Source: Squalus acanthias (lineage: Eukaryota). Taken from it: a DNA stretch of 64,000 bases. Location of the stretch: positions 40,858,001 to 40,922,000 of the forward strand of contig CM059439.1 in the NCBI GenBank assembly GCA_030390025.1. The letters run 5' to 3'. The stretch's first letter is position 1; every line of letters begins with the position of its first letter. Below the pieces are notes generated by a model that was not told where the DNA came from, made no database searches, and was given only the letters and a program-made list of their open reading frames with translations. The position numbers and the translations under genes were made by a program. Shown piece by piece: positions 12,480 to 25,680 of the stretch.

Positions 12480-13430
12480 CCCATCTTCATCTCTACCTAC
12501 CCGAAAAACAAGAAATCGCCACTAATTACCTGCCGAAGTTTTGCAGCCAAAGGAAGAGGATGTACATTTCAGCTTCTCCCACTGTTGAGTTGATTAAAGC
12601 AAGCCAGAGCAGCTAACCTCACCTTGCTGGAAAAGGTGAATGAATTCAGAATGGACTCCATCGCTGCATCATGGATCAGCTGCTTCCAAAACCGCCATGC
12701 AGTCAAGTCCAGATCCACACATTGGGAGGCAAGCGATGTTGCCAAAAAAAGTGCTGAGTGATAAAATACCTGAAATTTTATCAGCCCAAAGACATCTTTT
12801 ATGCTGATGAAATTCACCTTTTATATAACCTGTACCCAATCAGAATGATAGTTTTCATCAATGAAAAATACTCAGGTGGAGGAAAAAAGCTAAACTGTGA
12901 ATTACTACCATGGTTTGTATTAGCATGACTGGAGAAAAAGGAAAGCTGCTGGTGATCAGAAATTCCAAATCTACCCCCCACCCCTCACCAATGTTTTAGT
13001 GGGCCAATTCTGAATTCATTTGCCTTTTCCAACAAGGTGAGGTTGGATATCCCAGTAAGGTCCATAACCTAAGGAAACAACAAAACGGCATGAATAACTG
13101 GTACTCTTTTTGAAGCGTTGCTGCATCACTTTGACTAAAACATGGTATTGCAAGGCAGAAAAATTGCCTTGACAACTGTGGTGCTCACACGAAGTGCCTG
13201 CGTGTAAATGCAATAGTTAATATTTTTACTGACAAGCATAACATCCACAATCCAGGCAATGAATGCTGGTGTAATTTATGCTATGGAACAGCACTACAAG
13301 AAATGTTTGGTATGTATAATGTAGTGCTATTTTCATTTAATGTTGTATCGGCAATCCACGTGATCCATTCGTCATGGGAAACACTGAAGTCAGAATCCAT
13401 TGCCAACTACTTTCAACACTGTAAATTCAT
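12480..13430 (+). pseudogene. Degenerate pogo/Tigger DDE transposase
   Basis: Fragments YQPKDIF-ADE, EKYSGGGKK, ITTMVCISMTGEKGKLLVI, NKTA*IT, DNCGAH, LIFLLTSITSTIQAMNAGVI and SWETLKSESIANYF follow Tigger motifs (DIFNADETG, NxxAWMT, DNCxAH, FLPPNTTSxLQPMDQGVI, AWxxVxxxTIxNCF). Confidence 0.85.
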
Positions 13431-13858
13431 CCCCATCAGTGGAGGAATTGACTGCATTTGACAGTCAAGGATCCCACAAAAGCAGTGACAGTTGACTCTG
13501 CAGCATCAAATCTCTTGACCACATAAGTTCTCTGCTGCGACTGCTAGCAGACATGAGTTTTGAATCCATTGTCAGTGTTGATCAGGAAGTTCTGACATCC
13601 AGATTTCTGACTGACATGAAAAATGTTGATGCTGGACATGAGAGTGCTGCTGCTAGTGGGAGTGAGGAAAGAAGCCCCAGTAACTGGATTCAGTAGGCAG
13701 ACAGAAGTAGAGGAACCAACGCCACCATGGCCATAGCAGTCAAATATGTGAGATTCCTGAGCAATCAACTGACAACTAAGCAAGATGTCCTGATGGAACT
13801 TTTCTGTGTGCTAAATAGAATTGACAACTTTGTGGACAAATGTGCTGTCAGCAGGAAG

Positions 13859-14720
13859 CAACAACAACAGCTTGCATTTATATAGCACCTTTAACATAGT
13901 AAAACGTCCAAAACCACTTCACAGGTGCATTATCAAACAAAATTTGACTCCGAGCCACATATGAGATATTAGGACAGGTGAGAGGTAGGTTTTAAGGAGC
14001 GTCTTAAAGGAGGATAGAGAGCCGGACAAGTTGAGGGAGGGAATTCCAGAGCTTAGGCAGCTGAAGGCACACCCGCCAATGGTGGAGCAACAAAAATCGA
14101 GGATGCACAAGAGGCCCGAATTGGAGGAGCGCAGAGATCTGTGAGCATTGTAGGGCTGGAGGAGGTTGCAGAGATTAGGAAGGACAAGGCCATGGAGGGA
14201 TTTGAAAACAAGGATGAGAATTTTAAAATCAAGGTATTGCCGGACCAGGAGACGATGTAGGTCAGTGAGCACAGGGGTGATGGGTGAACGAGTTAGGATA
14301 CGGGCAGCAGAGTTTTGGATGAGCTGAAGTTTATGTAGGATGCAAGGTGGGAAACCAGCCAGAAGAGCATTGGAATTGTAAAGTTTAGAGGTAACAAAGG
14401 CATGGATAAGGATTTCAGTAGCAGATGAACTGAGGCAGGGGCAGAGACGGGCGATGTTATGGAGGTGAAAGTAGGCAGTCTTTGTGATGGCGAGGATATG
14501 GGGTCCGAGGCTCAGTTCAGGGTCAAATAGGATGCCAAGGTTGCGAGCGGTCTGGTTTAGCCTCAGACAGTGGCCAGGGAGAGAGATGGGGTCGGTGGTT
14601 AGGGAACGGAGTTTATGGCGTGGACCGAAAACAATGACTTCGGTCTTCCTGATATTTAATTGGAGGAAATTTCTGCTCATCCAATACTAGATGTTGGACA
14701 AGCAGTGTGACAAATCAGAA
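13859..14720 (-). mobile_element. L2 LINE 3' end
   Basis: ORF 13919-14680 (NFLQLNIRKTEVIVFG, LIHAFVTSKL, LQLIQNSAARILT, ITPVLTDLH) and a (ttg)n tail with ctatataaatgcaag. Confidence 0.92.
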
Positions 14721-15039
14721 TCAGAGTATTTTGAAAATTTGATGGTGCAAAGCTTGTACAGCACTCAGGTTTTGATCACATGCATTTTTATAGTTGTTTT
14801 GATCGTTTGACTTTTTGTTTTGAGTGTTCCTGCAGTTTTCTTGCCCTCCTTTGATGTTCTGGTTCATTCTAATTACATAATGCACTACTGGATAATTTAA
14901 TTTTTTTCAAGCAATTTTGAATTGAGGAGTAGACAGTATTTTAGATTATAACTTTTCTGTAATGATTGTAGCTTACATCCTGTTGTTGCTCTCTCTGCCC
15001 ATCACCCTCTGCTGTTGGGTGAGGCAACAGAAGAGCATT

Positions 15040-15640
15040 CCATGTTGTCCCACCTCATGAAGGTTTAGATATTGACCCCTTTCTGCTCAGTTTGTTCCAG
15101 TGTCGGACTTAAATCTGGTTCTGAGTTGATTGGTGTTAGAACTCTTTCAACCATGTGACCTCTACTTTAGGTATTGGAAACTGCTGGTTTACGAGCTCTC
15201 CTATCCAAATAGAGTATTTGTGAACGTCCTGCATTGGTGCTGGATTTCATACTTGAGATACAGATGGGACCAAATTAAGATACATCCTTCATTCATGCAT
15301 AAAGTTGTTTAAGTTTGACTTGTCTCATGAAATAACAATACCTACTTCAATGGAAGTACTAGCCTTCTGTTTGGGCAGAACTAAGAACCTTCATATGTCC
15401 CAACAGTTCTGTATGGAACTAGAATATTGTGAAAATCCATCACTAAATAAAGACTAGAAAATTGTGGGAACAGGAACCACCAGGGAAAATTAAAGCTCAC
15501 TCACGCATGTCCACCTTGTGGGCGAACCTGCATAATGATTCTCTTGATGCTGTTTGCAAGGCAGCCATCTGGAGAAATCTTAATGGTTTTGAAAATATTA
15601 TGTCTTCAGCTCAGGACATCAATTGGGAATACCACTATAC
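15040..15640 (+). pseudogene. DIRS-type retrotransposon tyrosine recombinase relic
   Basis: DLNLVLS*LVLELFQPCDL..YWK, IKIHPSFMHKVV and GKIKAHS-RMSTLWA..DSLDAVCKAAIW match vertebrate DIRS YR motifs (WDLNLVL..PFEP, P.FLPKVVS, AHSTR..ATSWA....ICRAATW). Confidence 0.75.
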
Positions 15641-15814
15641 TCCCAGTTGGGCTAACGTTTAGAGATATACCTCCAATATTTTGTACTGTTTTAGTGCATT
15701 TATTATTTCTATGTGGAGATTGAACAAGTGAAGAAGAATTATGCCTTTATATGCATTGAAATTGGACTCAATTGTTGCTGGACTCAAAAGATCCCTTCCT
15801 TTGTGCTTTGAGGA

Positions 15815-16283
15815 ACATAGAATCAAGAGTAGGCCATTCAGCCCCTCGAGCCTTTTTCACCATTCAATTAGATCGTGGTCGATCTGTACCTCAATTACAT
15901 TTAGTCGCCTCGATCCATATCCCTTGATGCCCTTACTCAACAAAACTCCATTGATCTCAGTCTTGAATTTCAATTGACCCAGCATCTACAATCACTTGGG
16001 GGAATGAGTTACAGATTTCCACTAGCTTTTGTGTTTCCTGATTTCACTCTCAAATGGCCCAGCTCTAATTTTAAGCTTTTCCCCTCTTGGTCTGGATTTC
16101 TCGACCAGAAGACATTTCTGCATCTACCCTATTGAATCCCTTTATCATTTTAAAGAGATTCAAACTCTCAACCTTCTAAGCGCAAGGGAATACAAGCCAA
16201 GTTTATGCAACTCAATTTAACTCTTTAAGCCCTGGTACTCTGGTGAATCTGCACTTGTACCCCTTTTAATATATCTTTCTTGA
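15815..16283 (-). mobile_element. Degenerate CR1 LINE 3' end
   Basis: catagaa...gagtaggccattcagcccctcgagcc start, followed by reverse-complement CR1 tail and RT C-terminal sequence. Confidence 0.75.
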
Positions 16284-16284
16284 G

Positions 16285-16378
16285 ATAAAAACAGAAAATG
16301 CTGGAAACACTCCAGGTCAGGCAGCGACTGGAGAGAGAAGTAAAGTTAATGTTTCAGGTCAATGATCTTTCATCAGTT
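16285..16378 (-). mobile_element. Penelope-like terminal fragment with hammerhead core
   Basis: Minus strand reads ctgatga-aagatcattgacct-gaaac-attaac. The helix III palindrome is mutated and the 5' strand of helix I is missing. Confidence 0.7.
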
Positions 16379-19300
16379 CCAATACTTACGCAGTGAGGGG
16401 AAAAAGTCTAGCTGGACATGCCACGTGATGCCCCACTCCAGCAAATTCTGGGCCAATGTTTTGGAAAACAAAAAATCATTGCCTTTCACTACTTGAGCTG
16501 TTCTGCTTCTCCCAGTCTATGTGAAAATTAAAATCTCCCATTATAACCACATTATTTTTGCTGCATGCTTCCCTGATCTTCATATTTATACATCCAAAGA
16601 ATTGATGATCTACTCAGACTGATTCACTGAATTAGCAGAGCTGGGTAAATATCTCCAGACTTGGGTTGGAAGGAATCCCGATTTTTATGTGGAGGTTTAA
16701 CTTTTTTTTTAAATAAAGAGGAAGATTCTACCTACAATGAGTAATGTACTATTTTATTCCTTAATCTTACTTTTTAAGGTGGTGTGAAGTTAAATTTGCT
16801 GATCTATATTGCACTAGATTTTCTTTTTTCTGGAAATGGCCTCTGTTTTGATAATAGTAAATTCGGTCTGGAATGATGTGCATGTGAAGTCTTCTATAGT
16901 AAATATGCAATATAAAATAGTTTCATGGTAAATTTTATGAGATTTTATTGGATGGAAATAAACTCAGGTTATGATGGACGCGTCTCTCTGAAGTGGGCAC
17001 AGTTTTTGTGTGTCATGGATGTGTAACAGTCTCTTAATATTTTTTGACAAGGTGATGTATTGTATATGGAGGATGGTGGGAATGCACTAGCCACACTCCC
17101 TGGATTAGCTATTACTCTGACACATTCATCAATACAAGACGAGCAGTTCAGTGTAGAAGTATTTTGGGTTAATTGTTGGCAAAGTTGTCTATTGTCAAAA
17201 GTGGAAGCTAAAAGAACCACTTTGTACAAAGATTATTATGGATTATCTTTTATTGTATGCCTGTATGCATTTCAAAAACTTTTACAATATTCCCACACTG
17301 CATCAATTTGACCTTTCTTGTGACTTGCATTGTTTAAGACACCCTTAGCTACTTCAAAAAAAATCCAGAACCATTTTCAGGATCTTCCATGCAGTTAGCC
17401 AAACTGCAAAATTCCACAATGTGGTATACTTTATTTTACAAGAAGACAGTCCCTTAAACAGGAAATAAAATGAACGACTTAGCACATGTTAGTTTTCAAG
17501 AGGTGCTTTCATGGGAAAGTGTTAAGAGTGAGAAGAGCTGTACATTATGAAGTCATGCACGAGTGGCTTAACACATTTTGATAATTTATGCCATCTACGT
17601 ATTTGGCATCTCTTTTTCATTTATTTGATACCCCTTTAAGTTGGACCCAAGAGAAAGCAAGGTATACAAGATGATTTTTTTTTAATGGTAAAATCTATGA
17701 GGCAAAATTTTATTATACAACCAAATTGTATGTTAATGGAATGCAAGTTCTTATGGTAAATTAAAAACGCATGTATAAAGTCTTCAATTTCTACAATCTT
17801 TCTATCCTCCAAATAAAAAACACCTTTATGCGGTGTAGGATGTCAGCATGATCTATGCATACAATAAACATTATAGAGTGAAAAATATGAACATCAATTT
17901 AAATGGGGAGTTTTCTCTCAAGCTTGGCCGGTCTAGAGAACAAATGTTTCAGAAGAACATTTTGGCTTCTTTATTCTAAAGAGCATGTTTATAGGGGGAA
18001 TCTACCTTGTAAGATTATTTTAGTAGAAACAATATTCAAAGTTTCATATTTTTTCTATTTTTAGAAATGTAAAATAAACTTGTTTTTCCAGTGTTACAGT
18101 TACTGTTTGTCAAATGATCTATCAAAAATTTATAAAAAGTTTTAATTTGAACTACTGGTATATCTAAATTGGGGATTTTATTTCTTTTGAAAGCGTCACA
18201 CCATTACAAACTACATTTTTTATTTTAAGAAACTAATAAAATGCTTTTGTGAACTCATTCATTAAACTTTATGTACAGCCAGCTAACTAAAATAGGAATT
18301 TAGCACGGTAGGTACTTTGTTCACATTACTGAAGTTCTATAGTAAATATAGACTTAAAAGGTAAGTCTTAACATTATTGATTATGTCTCAATAGTATTCA
18401 AATATTTGAACAGTGTTGTGACAGAGAATGGTGATAATTCATACATTTCAGCATGTATTAATTGTTTTAACATCCCACCTGTCTGAATGTTGAACTACAG
18501 GAATTTTTCTTCACATAAACCACAATGACCTTTTAACCAGCCCAGTGCACTTGTACAATAGTTCCTGTTAGGGCACTACGCTCTAGTTGTTGTGAAGCAG
18601 TGTTTAAATGTTACTTTCATTTGTTACTTTACTGACAATTTTTTACAACTTTGATAAAACTTTTATAGACTTGAATATGAATTCTTAGTAATAGGGCTCT
18701 GAAATATAATTTCTCTCTTTTTCCTTATCTCCTCCACATACTGTACCATGCGGGATTATCATAGAAAATAGACCTCATAGAAAAATCACACAAATTTGTT
18801 TATGTATATTTCCACACTAAGCCCTTTCATATGATTCAAATAGCTTCTCTTCTGCGTGTACCATTTTTGTTCTCCAATTGTCAGCGATGATTCCAGCGAG
18901 GATTTTCTGCCCTCTCTCTGCAGATTTTCCGTTGGAACTGGGGTGTGCAGAGGTGGGAAATGTAACAGCAGCTAATCTGGCAGCTCTGCACTCATCCCTT
19001 CTGCTTCTGGGATTTCCTGCTGGATGTGTGTGGGAAAGTACAATATATTAGCCCATAGATGGGGTGGATGTATTGTAATACTATGCAAATAAGGGAATTA
19101 CATCGTCCAACATATTTCCCATAATTTGTGCCAGGGACATCAGTTCTTCCCTGCTGTCTAGCATTTCTATGGGTGGTGCAGCGATCAGTGATCAATTACA
19201 TAGGCAGTGCCAAATCTGACTTATACTGACAGCATTGAAGCTACTGGCGAGTAGAAGCCTCCAAGGCCTCACACAGCTATTTGCCACCCTCCCTTCCATA

Positions 19301-19718
19301 TGGACTCACCATTGAAAACCAGGAAGATTGTCAAAATGATGCATATGACCCAAGATAGGAAAATCGACTGGAGTCATGGCCCAAAGATGTACCCCAATTC
19401 TACTGTCGAGGAAAACCTAAGCTCCTGTGCCTAGGTTGGGAACACACATTCTTGAGTACTGTAATTCCAGGTTCAATGAGCAATTAACCTTTTGCTCATA
19501 GACGTGTTCCTTATTCTGAGGGATCTGGTCCATTGTGTGTGGAAAATGTGGACAACTCTTATTGAGCAATCTACTTTTGTTCATACAATTAACAAGATAC
19601 CTCTATCTTGTTCAAATCTATGTTTTTGTGCCAGTGAAGCAGTAAGCTAGTTAAACACATTTCAAAACTTGGCTTTTTGTACTGAAATAATGTAATGATA
19701 TTTTCTCTCTTTTAACAG

Positions 19719-19802
19719 GTGTCTCAATTTGATCCAACTGAAACATTAATGGAGGTGAAACTCTATCCTCAGGAAACACTCTTCCTGGAAGCAAAGGAAT
19801 GA
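19719..19802 (+). CDS. FAF1: FAF1 last coding exon
   Basis: Acceptor ttttctctcttttaacag|, then VSQFDPTETLMEVKLYPQETLFLEAKE-TGA. In phase with the 1896-2111 exon and matches the FAF1 C-terminus (..PQETLFLEAKE). Not in the ORF track. Confidence 0.96.
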   Translation: MSQFDPTETLMEVKLYPQETLFLEAKE

Positions 19803-20493
19803 ATTCATCCATGGGACTCTGGATAGTTGAAAAAAGCTCAGCTTATGTCTGAAAGCTGCAAGCTCCTCCTGTTTTTTTTTTGTCCAGCCACATGCCACAA
19901 CTATCTGCCTCTTCCAGAACCCCAAAATCAACATCACCATTGTAAAATGCCTGTATGCTGCCAACCTCACAAGAAATGTAGATGTTTACAAAGATATATA
20001 GGAGGATAGCAATTTGTGATGAACACTGACTTACACCCTTCACACTATTCTGGCCTATGTTTATTCATCAATGCACTATTCAAAGGTGAAGTGAATTATA
20101 TTAGTTAGAATTGGTTTCTCTGTACCCATTCAACCACAAAATCTGTATTACAATTCAACCAGTTTTTGGAGCAAGTGCTTTGATTTGAAATTCTGTATTT
20201 GTTTTAATTCAATACATACTTGAGACATTGCTCATAAATGTGCATAATTCCATGTCTGGATTTCTACATAAAGCCTAATTTATGATGTCACAGTGGGCAT
20301 GGGGTCATTCTTAGCCATTGAGATTTAACGGTATTATTTGGAAAGTATGATTTTCATACATGATTTGCTTATTTGGTTTTCAGCTTTGGTAAAATGTAAG
20401 AGGGTAAAATTTTCCATTTGCAGCCATATTACTTATTGAGCCAATCTTTTCCACATGCTTAGTGCTGCTTTTTCTCCTTTAGCAAGTTAGAGA

Positions 20494-20499
20494 AATAAA
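20494..20499 (+). terminator. Candidate FAF1 polyadenylation signal
   Basis: AATAAA about 690 nt after the stop, followed by GT-rich sequence. Other downstream hexamers are possible. Confidence 0.35.
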
Positions 20500-20807
20500 T
20501 AGTTGTGGGTTTATATTACTCTGAAAAAAGACTAATCAAGACTATTATGATCTAAACACATATTCTGAGAGTAAGTTATCCTTTGCTAATGTTCTGGATT
20601 TTCTTTCTACGCACTGTGGATCTCATAGGTCACATGCGGCTTTTATTTTCTATAATAGCAATCCATTCTTCCCCATAGCACATTCTATTCTCAGTAGGTC
20701 CAAACAAGTCACTTTATTGCAGATGTAGTTAGCGTAGCTTTTGGTGTAAACTGTTCATTTTACACACTATTCAAACCATGTGCCTGAAGGGAAGCTTCAA
20801 CAAAGCA

Positions 20808-20920
20808 ATTTCCTACATTAAAACAGTGACTACATTTAAAAGTATTTCATTGGCTGTAAACCACTTTGGGATGTTCTGAAGTCATGAAAGACGCTATATA
20901 AATGCAAGTTCTTTCTTATT
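20808..20920 (+). mobile_element. Deu-SINE 3' tail fragment
   Basis: tttcctacatt...ttcattggctgtaaaccactttgggatgttctgaagtcatgaaagacgctatataaatgcaag. Confidence 0.8.
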
Positions 20921-21009
20921 TGTGAAATGCATATCAACAAACCAAGGTTACAGACATTCGACTTAGTATATAAATAACTATTACATCACCTACTTAGACA
21001 TAATTGCTG

Positions 21010-21960
21010 TGCTGATCAAAGCCGAGAAGTAGCAAACTGCCAGGAAGAATGCAGGAGACTACAGGAGAACATAAACAATCTAGGAAAATGGGCAGGTAAG
21101 TGGCAGATGTTGTTTAATAGAGAACAATGTGAGGTATTACATTTTAGGAACAAGAATAAAGAAGGGGGGAAAAAAACCTTCATTGGTAAATTTCTCAGTG
21201 TAGTGGTCGAGCAAAGAGATCTAGGTGTAACATGGATGTACAAGTAAAAAGGCCAGTAAGAAGGAAAATGGAATTTTGGGATTATATCAATAGGAATAAA
21301 ATACAAAAGCGGAGAGGTAATGATGCCTCTGTAAAATGATGGTTAGGCCGTATCTGGAATGTGCATTTCTACATAAAGCCTAATTTATGATGTCACAGTG
21401 GGCATGGGATCATGTGCATTTTTTGGCACTTTACTAATAGGAGGGATAGCCCTAGAAAAATTGCAACACAGATATCAGAGATGAGTAAGAGTTACAAGGA
21501 ACTGCTAGAGAAGTCTTATATTCTTTAAGACTGAGAAGATTGAGGGGAAGAGCAACTAGCTCTGTCCTCTCAAGCTGAGAAAATGAAAAGGAGATTTGAT
21601 AGAGGTGTGCAAAATGATAAAAGGAATAAACAAGGTAAATAAATTATTTCCATTGGTAGGTAAAATCAAGACAAGATCATGATAAAAGAAGCCTGTGGAT
21701 ACATTAAGGGGGAGATTATAGAAACTTTTTCAAGCAAAGAATGAACGGAATATGGACTGCTTTGCTCGAAAATGGTGATTGATTCCAAATTGATTAAAGC
21801 ATTTAAAAATGTACTGGATGGTTAGTTAAAGAAACAAGCAATAAAATGGTCTTAGTTTGGAAAGAAAGCAGGAAAATGTAAGTGTAAAATCAACTACAGG
21901 TCTGGCCTACATTCAGCAACAGCAAGTATGACCGAATAGCCTGTTCCTGTACTAAAAATC
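21010..21960 (+). mobile_element. Old degenerate CR1 LINE 3' fragment
   Basis: Remnants of WQMLFN..CEVLHF, RDLGV and VRPYLE, followed by a CR1-like tail. Confidence 0.75.
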
Positions 21961-22860
21961 CAATGTTTAAGACATCGTCTCAGCAGAAGGCTCAGTAATG
22001 TTCAAAGTGCTATCCCATAACATGGTAAAGCTATAATTTCAACATCCTGCTTGGAGAGAATTTTTATGCTCTCTAAATTGCTCCACCCAAGAATGTTCCT
22101 AGGCCTCTTTCTATATCAGACCTTATGGCGACAATCTTAAGATATGGAGTATTCTCACTAACCAAAAGCCTTTATGCTTCGAGTTATCATGCTATTAAGT
22201 TATCACGGTTATCTATTATGTTCATCACTCCAACTGAGTTGTTGGTTATCAAGGCAATGCAAGCTATTAGCTCCATAACTGACCAAACTCTTTTTTTAAA
22301 TCAATGCCCTAAGATTCACCTGGATAAGGATTGCAAGTTACGTGATGTACCACACACATCATCACCATCTCCTCTCCGAGAGGCTCTGCAACATAACAGA
22401 ATAGATGCAAAGCTACATCCATGGTTATGCCCCAACAGATAAATACACAGGATTGCCCTAGAATGGACTTCAGGCAAAGCAGAAATGCAAGATCATAGTA
22501 TTTGCAGCAATGAGCTACAGTTCCAAATGAGTTTGTCACTCGCAATACATTACCAGGAATCAATGCACATCTGGACACTAGGATGCTCATAATTTACTTT
22601 GTATTGCTGCACTGTGGATTCTACTGCTACTTGAGTAATTGACTAATGTGAGTTGCTAGACACATGTATTTTTGTATGTTATTCAGTTAACCTTTATGAT
22701 ATACTTTTAGTAGCTAATAGATTCACAAACCTATGAATGCTGCCAATGAAACTTGGGAAATCATGGCCTTCATTGATCAGACCTGGCATTGCATAGCAAG
22801 GTGCCCATTTACCAGACAAGTATGTGGAAGGAATATGGCCACAAAAGAAGCAGAAATATA

Positions 22861-23613
22861 GGCCTGGAATTTGCGGTGGGTAATAACAGCGAATGAACAG
22901 CGTTTGCTGCTATTACTCCTTTGAAACTGACCGCAACTTCAAGATGTTGCACATGCGCAGCCTAACACGGAAATCTTGAAGTTGTGGTCAGTCATTCACT
23001 GCTCCGACACTGGCTGCACTGTGGCCCCTCCCACTAAGCTGGCAATCAGTGTAATCTGTCAAATCATGGAAACTGACGAAAACTTTGGCTCTTCCGCGGT
23101 AATATCGCTGTTAAATATTCCATTAAAAGTTGGACCCTTTTGGATTAGGTGTAACTGGGGCTTTAACAGTGTATTGACTGCTAAACAAAGGTTATGGCCC
23201 TGAAAAACTAATTTTAATTTTGTGGAGTGTCAAATTTATCCATTTTAATAAAAATGAAAATTTTTAAGAAACTTTTTTTTTTAAATTATGTTTTTAAAGT
23301 TTGTTCATCTTTATTTCAGGTTTGCCTTTCCCTATATGAGAGCCCCCAATCTTTGTTTTGCTCTCTCTAATATTTTTTAAAAGTTAGAATCAAAGAACTT
23401 ACCCACTTTCTGGTTCGCTGTCTGCAAATTCTGCGTTTTGATTGGCTGCTTAAACAGCTTGTTGACATCACAGCAGCTCTTCGCTGGGAATCCCCATTAA
23501 CTTGTGTTGATTTCAATTACGTGTCGCAAAAGCCAAACTTCTCGCCACAGAGCTCGCCAGATCTTTGTGCGAAGCTTACTTCCGGGTTCTCTGCTGACTG
23601 CAAATTATGGGCT
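22861..23613. mobile_element. PIF/Harbinger-type MITE, copy B (inverted relative to 3350-3985)
   Basis: Reverse-complement similarity across the length of copy A (the ORF track shows the shared ETDENFG..AVISLL..IRCNWGFNSVLTAKQ). TIRs ggcctggaatttgcgg ... ctgcaaattatgggct; flanks ATA/ATT. Confidence 0.8.
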
Positions 23614-25039
23614 ATTTGTTTAACCAGTCTAATTTTTTGGCAGGAGACTGATGGACAGATAACTCAGTGAAATAATTATCAAGCAAAGGGCTACAAAAGC
23701 TCTAAGGTTTTTATCGGGAAACGAAATCATTTATAGCTGCTGAAGTAAGAGGATACCTGATTTTTCACAATGCAGCAGGGAAGAACAATGTAGCTAGCCT
23801 AAGGATCTTGGCATGCAGAATGTGGAGGTCCACAATTAAGATGATTTTGGTAGGGAAATATACATTTGTATCTAGACAATCTTGGTCCTAGTTCCACTGG
23901 CGCAGGAAGATGTAGGGAATTTGGGAATTAAATTTAAAGGAAATTTCACCTGTATACACTAATAACTCAGGACCTGCATTGTGTGAACTACACCTTGTTC
24001 GGAGAGTGATGATTATTGGAAAGTAATCGGTCTTCCCATAAGAGTTTAAATGCATTATTTTGTGACATACTTATACAGACTGGCACAATATTTGGTCCTT
24101 TTATAAACTACCAAATGCAGTATTCAATATTTGAAATGTTCAACTTAAAAGAAATTCTACCAAACTATTTCCATTATTTTTAAAGCTAAGTATCTAATAT
24201 TATTTTTACCTTGCTATCACAGAGATACCAAATTTTACTGTAAATGGAAAAATTGCTTTTTCTTAAATGGTTTTAAGTCCTAAATTTTAAATGTTATCCA
24301 ACGTAGCAGTTTATTTTGTATGAATCTCCTTAAACTATATCAAATATGAGACAAGTGTAAGATATACAACTTGCTATGTTATTCTTAGAGGTGATGTGAA
24401 GTAAAACCAATTGATAAAAATTAACTAGATGATAAACAATATTTGCATCTTAAAGCATGGATAAAAGCATTCAACTTTTCAAACCATGGAAGTTTTCAGT
24501 TAAGCAGTAATGGTCAATATCTACCATCGTATAGATTCTAACCTTCGGCTGGACCTACAGTAAGTTGTCCTGCACCACTGGCGTTGTACCACCTTGCAGG
24601 TAATGCAGGGACATTGGCATAATATGCAGGAACATTTTCCATTGCTGTGGTGTCATAGAAAGAAAACAGGTAATAACACTTTGCAGTAAGTTCCACTGTT
24701 AAGATTGATGGTCCTGCTTTTAAGAAGTGAAACCAGCATGTAGTGAACATGAATTTCCTATGACAACAATTTGATAGGCATTTCACTATTAAGTACCAAC
24801 ATTTCAACTGCAAGTGCATTGCAATATTTTAAACTTTTTTAAATAAATGTAATTTCACAAGTTTGTCTTAAGAAGGCTTCATTGGACTTGCCAAAAGAAT
24901 TGGACTCAATTATGCACACTGCAAATCTGTTTTTTTTATATTTTCCCTTTCTCTGCTGTGTACAATTCTATTTGAGATATTTGGTTTCAGTTTTTTTTTC
25001 TTTTGTAATACTTTATTTTTATGTTTAGCCCTCCTCCAT

Positions 25040-25680
25040 TACCTGAACAACAAGCAAAAATGTCCCAAAGTGCAAGACAAAATAGATGCCAAGCCAAAGT
25101 AGGATATTAGGAAGGGTGACTAAAAGCTTTGTCAAACATGTTGGTTTTAAGGAGGAAAGGTAGAAGGATTTAGGCTGGAATTCCAGAGCATTGGGGCCCA
25201 GACAGCTGAAGACAGGGACGCAAATGGTGGAGCAAAACAAAACCTCCGGATGCACATAAGGCCAGAGTCGGAGGACGGCGAATGTTTTTTATAACTTTGG
25301 TTAGGGCCATTTTGGTGTGGCAGGGGCAGAAACCTGACTGCAGAGATTCAAATTGAGTTGCGGGAAGATGGGCATAGATTTGAGAAGTGACAACATGTTC
25401 AAAGACTGTAGAAGAAAGGGTGTCTGTAGATGGGGCAGCAGTTTTCAAGGACAAGCGGGTGTGTTTTTTGCGCATGTGGTGATGATGGCTGTTTTGAAAG
25501 AGAGAGAATGGTACCTGAGGACATTTATAATGTCAGGTAGCACGAGGCCAGGATATGAATTTGGGTGGTCGGCAGTTTAGTGGGAATAAGATCAAGGGAG
25601 CATCTCATGGACAAGATGAGTTCAGAAAGGGCATTGGGGGAGAAGCTAGAGAGAGACAGATATGTAGCCTCAAGTTTAAC
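25040..25680 (-). mobile_element. Degenerate L2 LINE fragments
   Basis: FESLQSGFCPCHT.MAL.KV and CSLDLIPTKL remnants, plus an L2 tail. Confidence 0.7.

Noticed and set aside
12480-13430. Domesticated TIGD-like gene; likewise HARBI1 at 4400-5300 and MSANTD-like at 34885
   Set aside because: Multiple stops, frameshifts and altered catalytic motifs indicate neutral fossils.
12200-14940. TIRs delimiting the whole Tigger element (ctcttaattcaa at ~12210, ttgaattgaggag at ~14918)
   Set aside because: The match is too short and degenerate to support.
18895-18965. Small inverted-repeat element or pre-miRNA (a similar one at ~38310-38420)
   Set aside because: Pairing is weak, with no clear TSD and no recognisable mature miRNA; probably decayed MITE ends.
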